Source of the DNA: Chiloscyllium plagiosum
Lineage: Eukaryota
DNA: 63,585 nt
NCBI RefSeq assembly: GCF_004010195.1
Contig: NC_057758.1
Location: forward strand, 8,394,424-8,458,008
Reading direction: 5' to 3'
Shown: piece by piece, positions 62,480 to 63,585 of the stretch
Layout: each line of letters starts with the position of its first letter
How positions within the stretch are numbered: the first letter of the stretch is position 1
Program-made: the position numbers and the translations under genes
Notes under the pieces: model-generated
Databases searched by the model: none
Seen by the model: only the letters and a program-made list of their open reading frames with translations
Told to the model about the DNA's origin: nothing

Positions 62480-63585
62480 CCTCCAGCCCAGTGAGAAAAC
62501 TTATATCCATCACAGATACGGAAAGAATAATACTGGCCAAGGGACTCAACTACAACCACAGGAGCACCAAGAGAGCAGACTTCCTAGCAGCACTAGAATG
62601 CACGCTCAGGAACTGACAGAAGAGACACAATAAACAGTGAGACAAAGTATCGTACCTCTGATAACAAGGAATAGACAAACACATAACCTTAACACCAAGG
62701 AGAGGGAAGCACTAAAATAACTAAGAAACGATAAGTACATAATCATAATACCAGCAGACAAAGGCAGAATGACGGTCATCCTTGACAGAGCAGAGGACAT
62801 CCAAAAAGTGCAACAACTACTTGCAGATACCAACACCTACCAAAAGAGGGAGTTTGACACCACCCCACAGCTCACCAATAGGATAGACAACACACTGAGG
62901 CACCTACAAAAAACGGACAAATAACCAGTTTTGACCTACAAAAAATGAAACCTGAAAGGAACAACACACCCAGATTCTATGAACTACCAAAAGTGCACAA
63001 ACCAGACCTCCCACTCAGACCAATAGTATCATTACCAGGGACACTATCACACAAACTGGCAAAAGAACTACAGCAGATATTGTAACACCTGATCATCGGA
63101 TCCAGATACTCTACACAGTCAATGCAGGAATTCTTGGACATCATCAGAAATATACATATAGACAAGGAAGAAACTATGGTCTCATTCGATGCAACGGCAC
63201 TGTTCACCTCTATCGACAAAACCCTAGCCAGAGAAACAACAGCCAACCTGCTGGACATACAGAACAGAAAACAGGACGGTGAACCTTTCAACAAAGACGG
63301 CAAACTCAAACTACTGGACCTGTGCCTCACAACACACTTCATATTCAACAACCAAATATATGAACAAATCAACGGCACACCCTAGGGCTCACCCATCTCT
63401 GGACTCATAGCAGAAGCGGTAATGCAAAGATTAGAACAAACAGTCTTACCGCAAATTCAACCCAAACTCTGGGTCAGATATGTGGATGACACCTTTGTAA
63501 TCATTAAAAACACAGAAATAGAGAACACACACCGGATCATCAACGCCACACTCACAGGAATCCGATTCACTAGAGAGGAAGAAAA
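62480..63585 (+). mobile_element. PLE reverse transcriptase ORF (several stops), runs off the window
   Basis: LAKGLNY, IIPADKGR, PRFYELPKVHKPDLPLRPIVS, MVSFDATALFTSI, YEQINGTP*GSPIS, WVRYVDDTF. Confidence 0.93.

Overview
Repeat-dense vertebrate DNA, almost certainly from a shark or other elasmobranch (inferred from HE1/V-SINE-type SINEs and HER1/CR1-type LINEs), with three 500-N scaffolding gaps. Most listed ORFs are decayed retroelement fragments. Host genes: one intact two-exon GPR139/GPR142-like class A GPCR (42436-42505 joined to 43362-44278, 328 aa), the first coding exon of a second paralog (61269-61335), and a badly decayed multi-exon Ig-superfamily-like remnant (~16.1-18.9 kb). The most notable non-coding signal is about 15 intact or decayed minimal hammerhead-ribozyme (HHR) motifs in two sequence families. 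Some sit at the 3' ends of Penelope-like elements (PLEs). Others lie in ~130-nt stand-alone insertions with apparent target-site duplications (TSDs) and 5' ends at the ribozyme core, several as head-to-head hairpins. Also present: a short ERV with env but no recognisable pol (Thr-like PBS, gamma-type TM, PPT, 3' LTR), a Gypsy remnant with probable Gmr1-like domain order, two near-identical tandem duplications, and an old inverted non-coding duplication on either side of the GPCR. All calls were made by eye without database searches; repeat boundaries are approximate.
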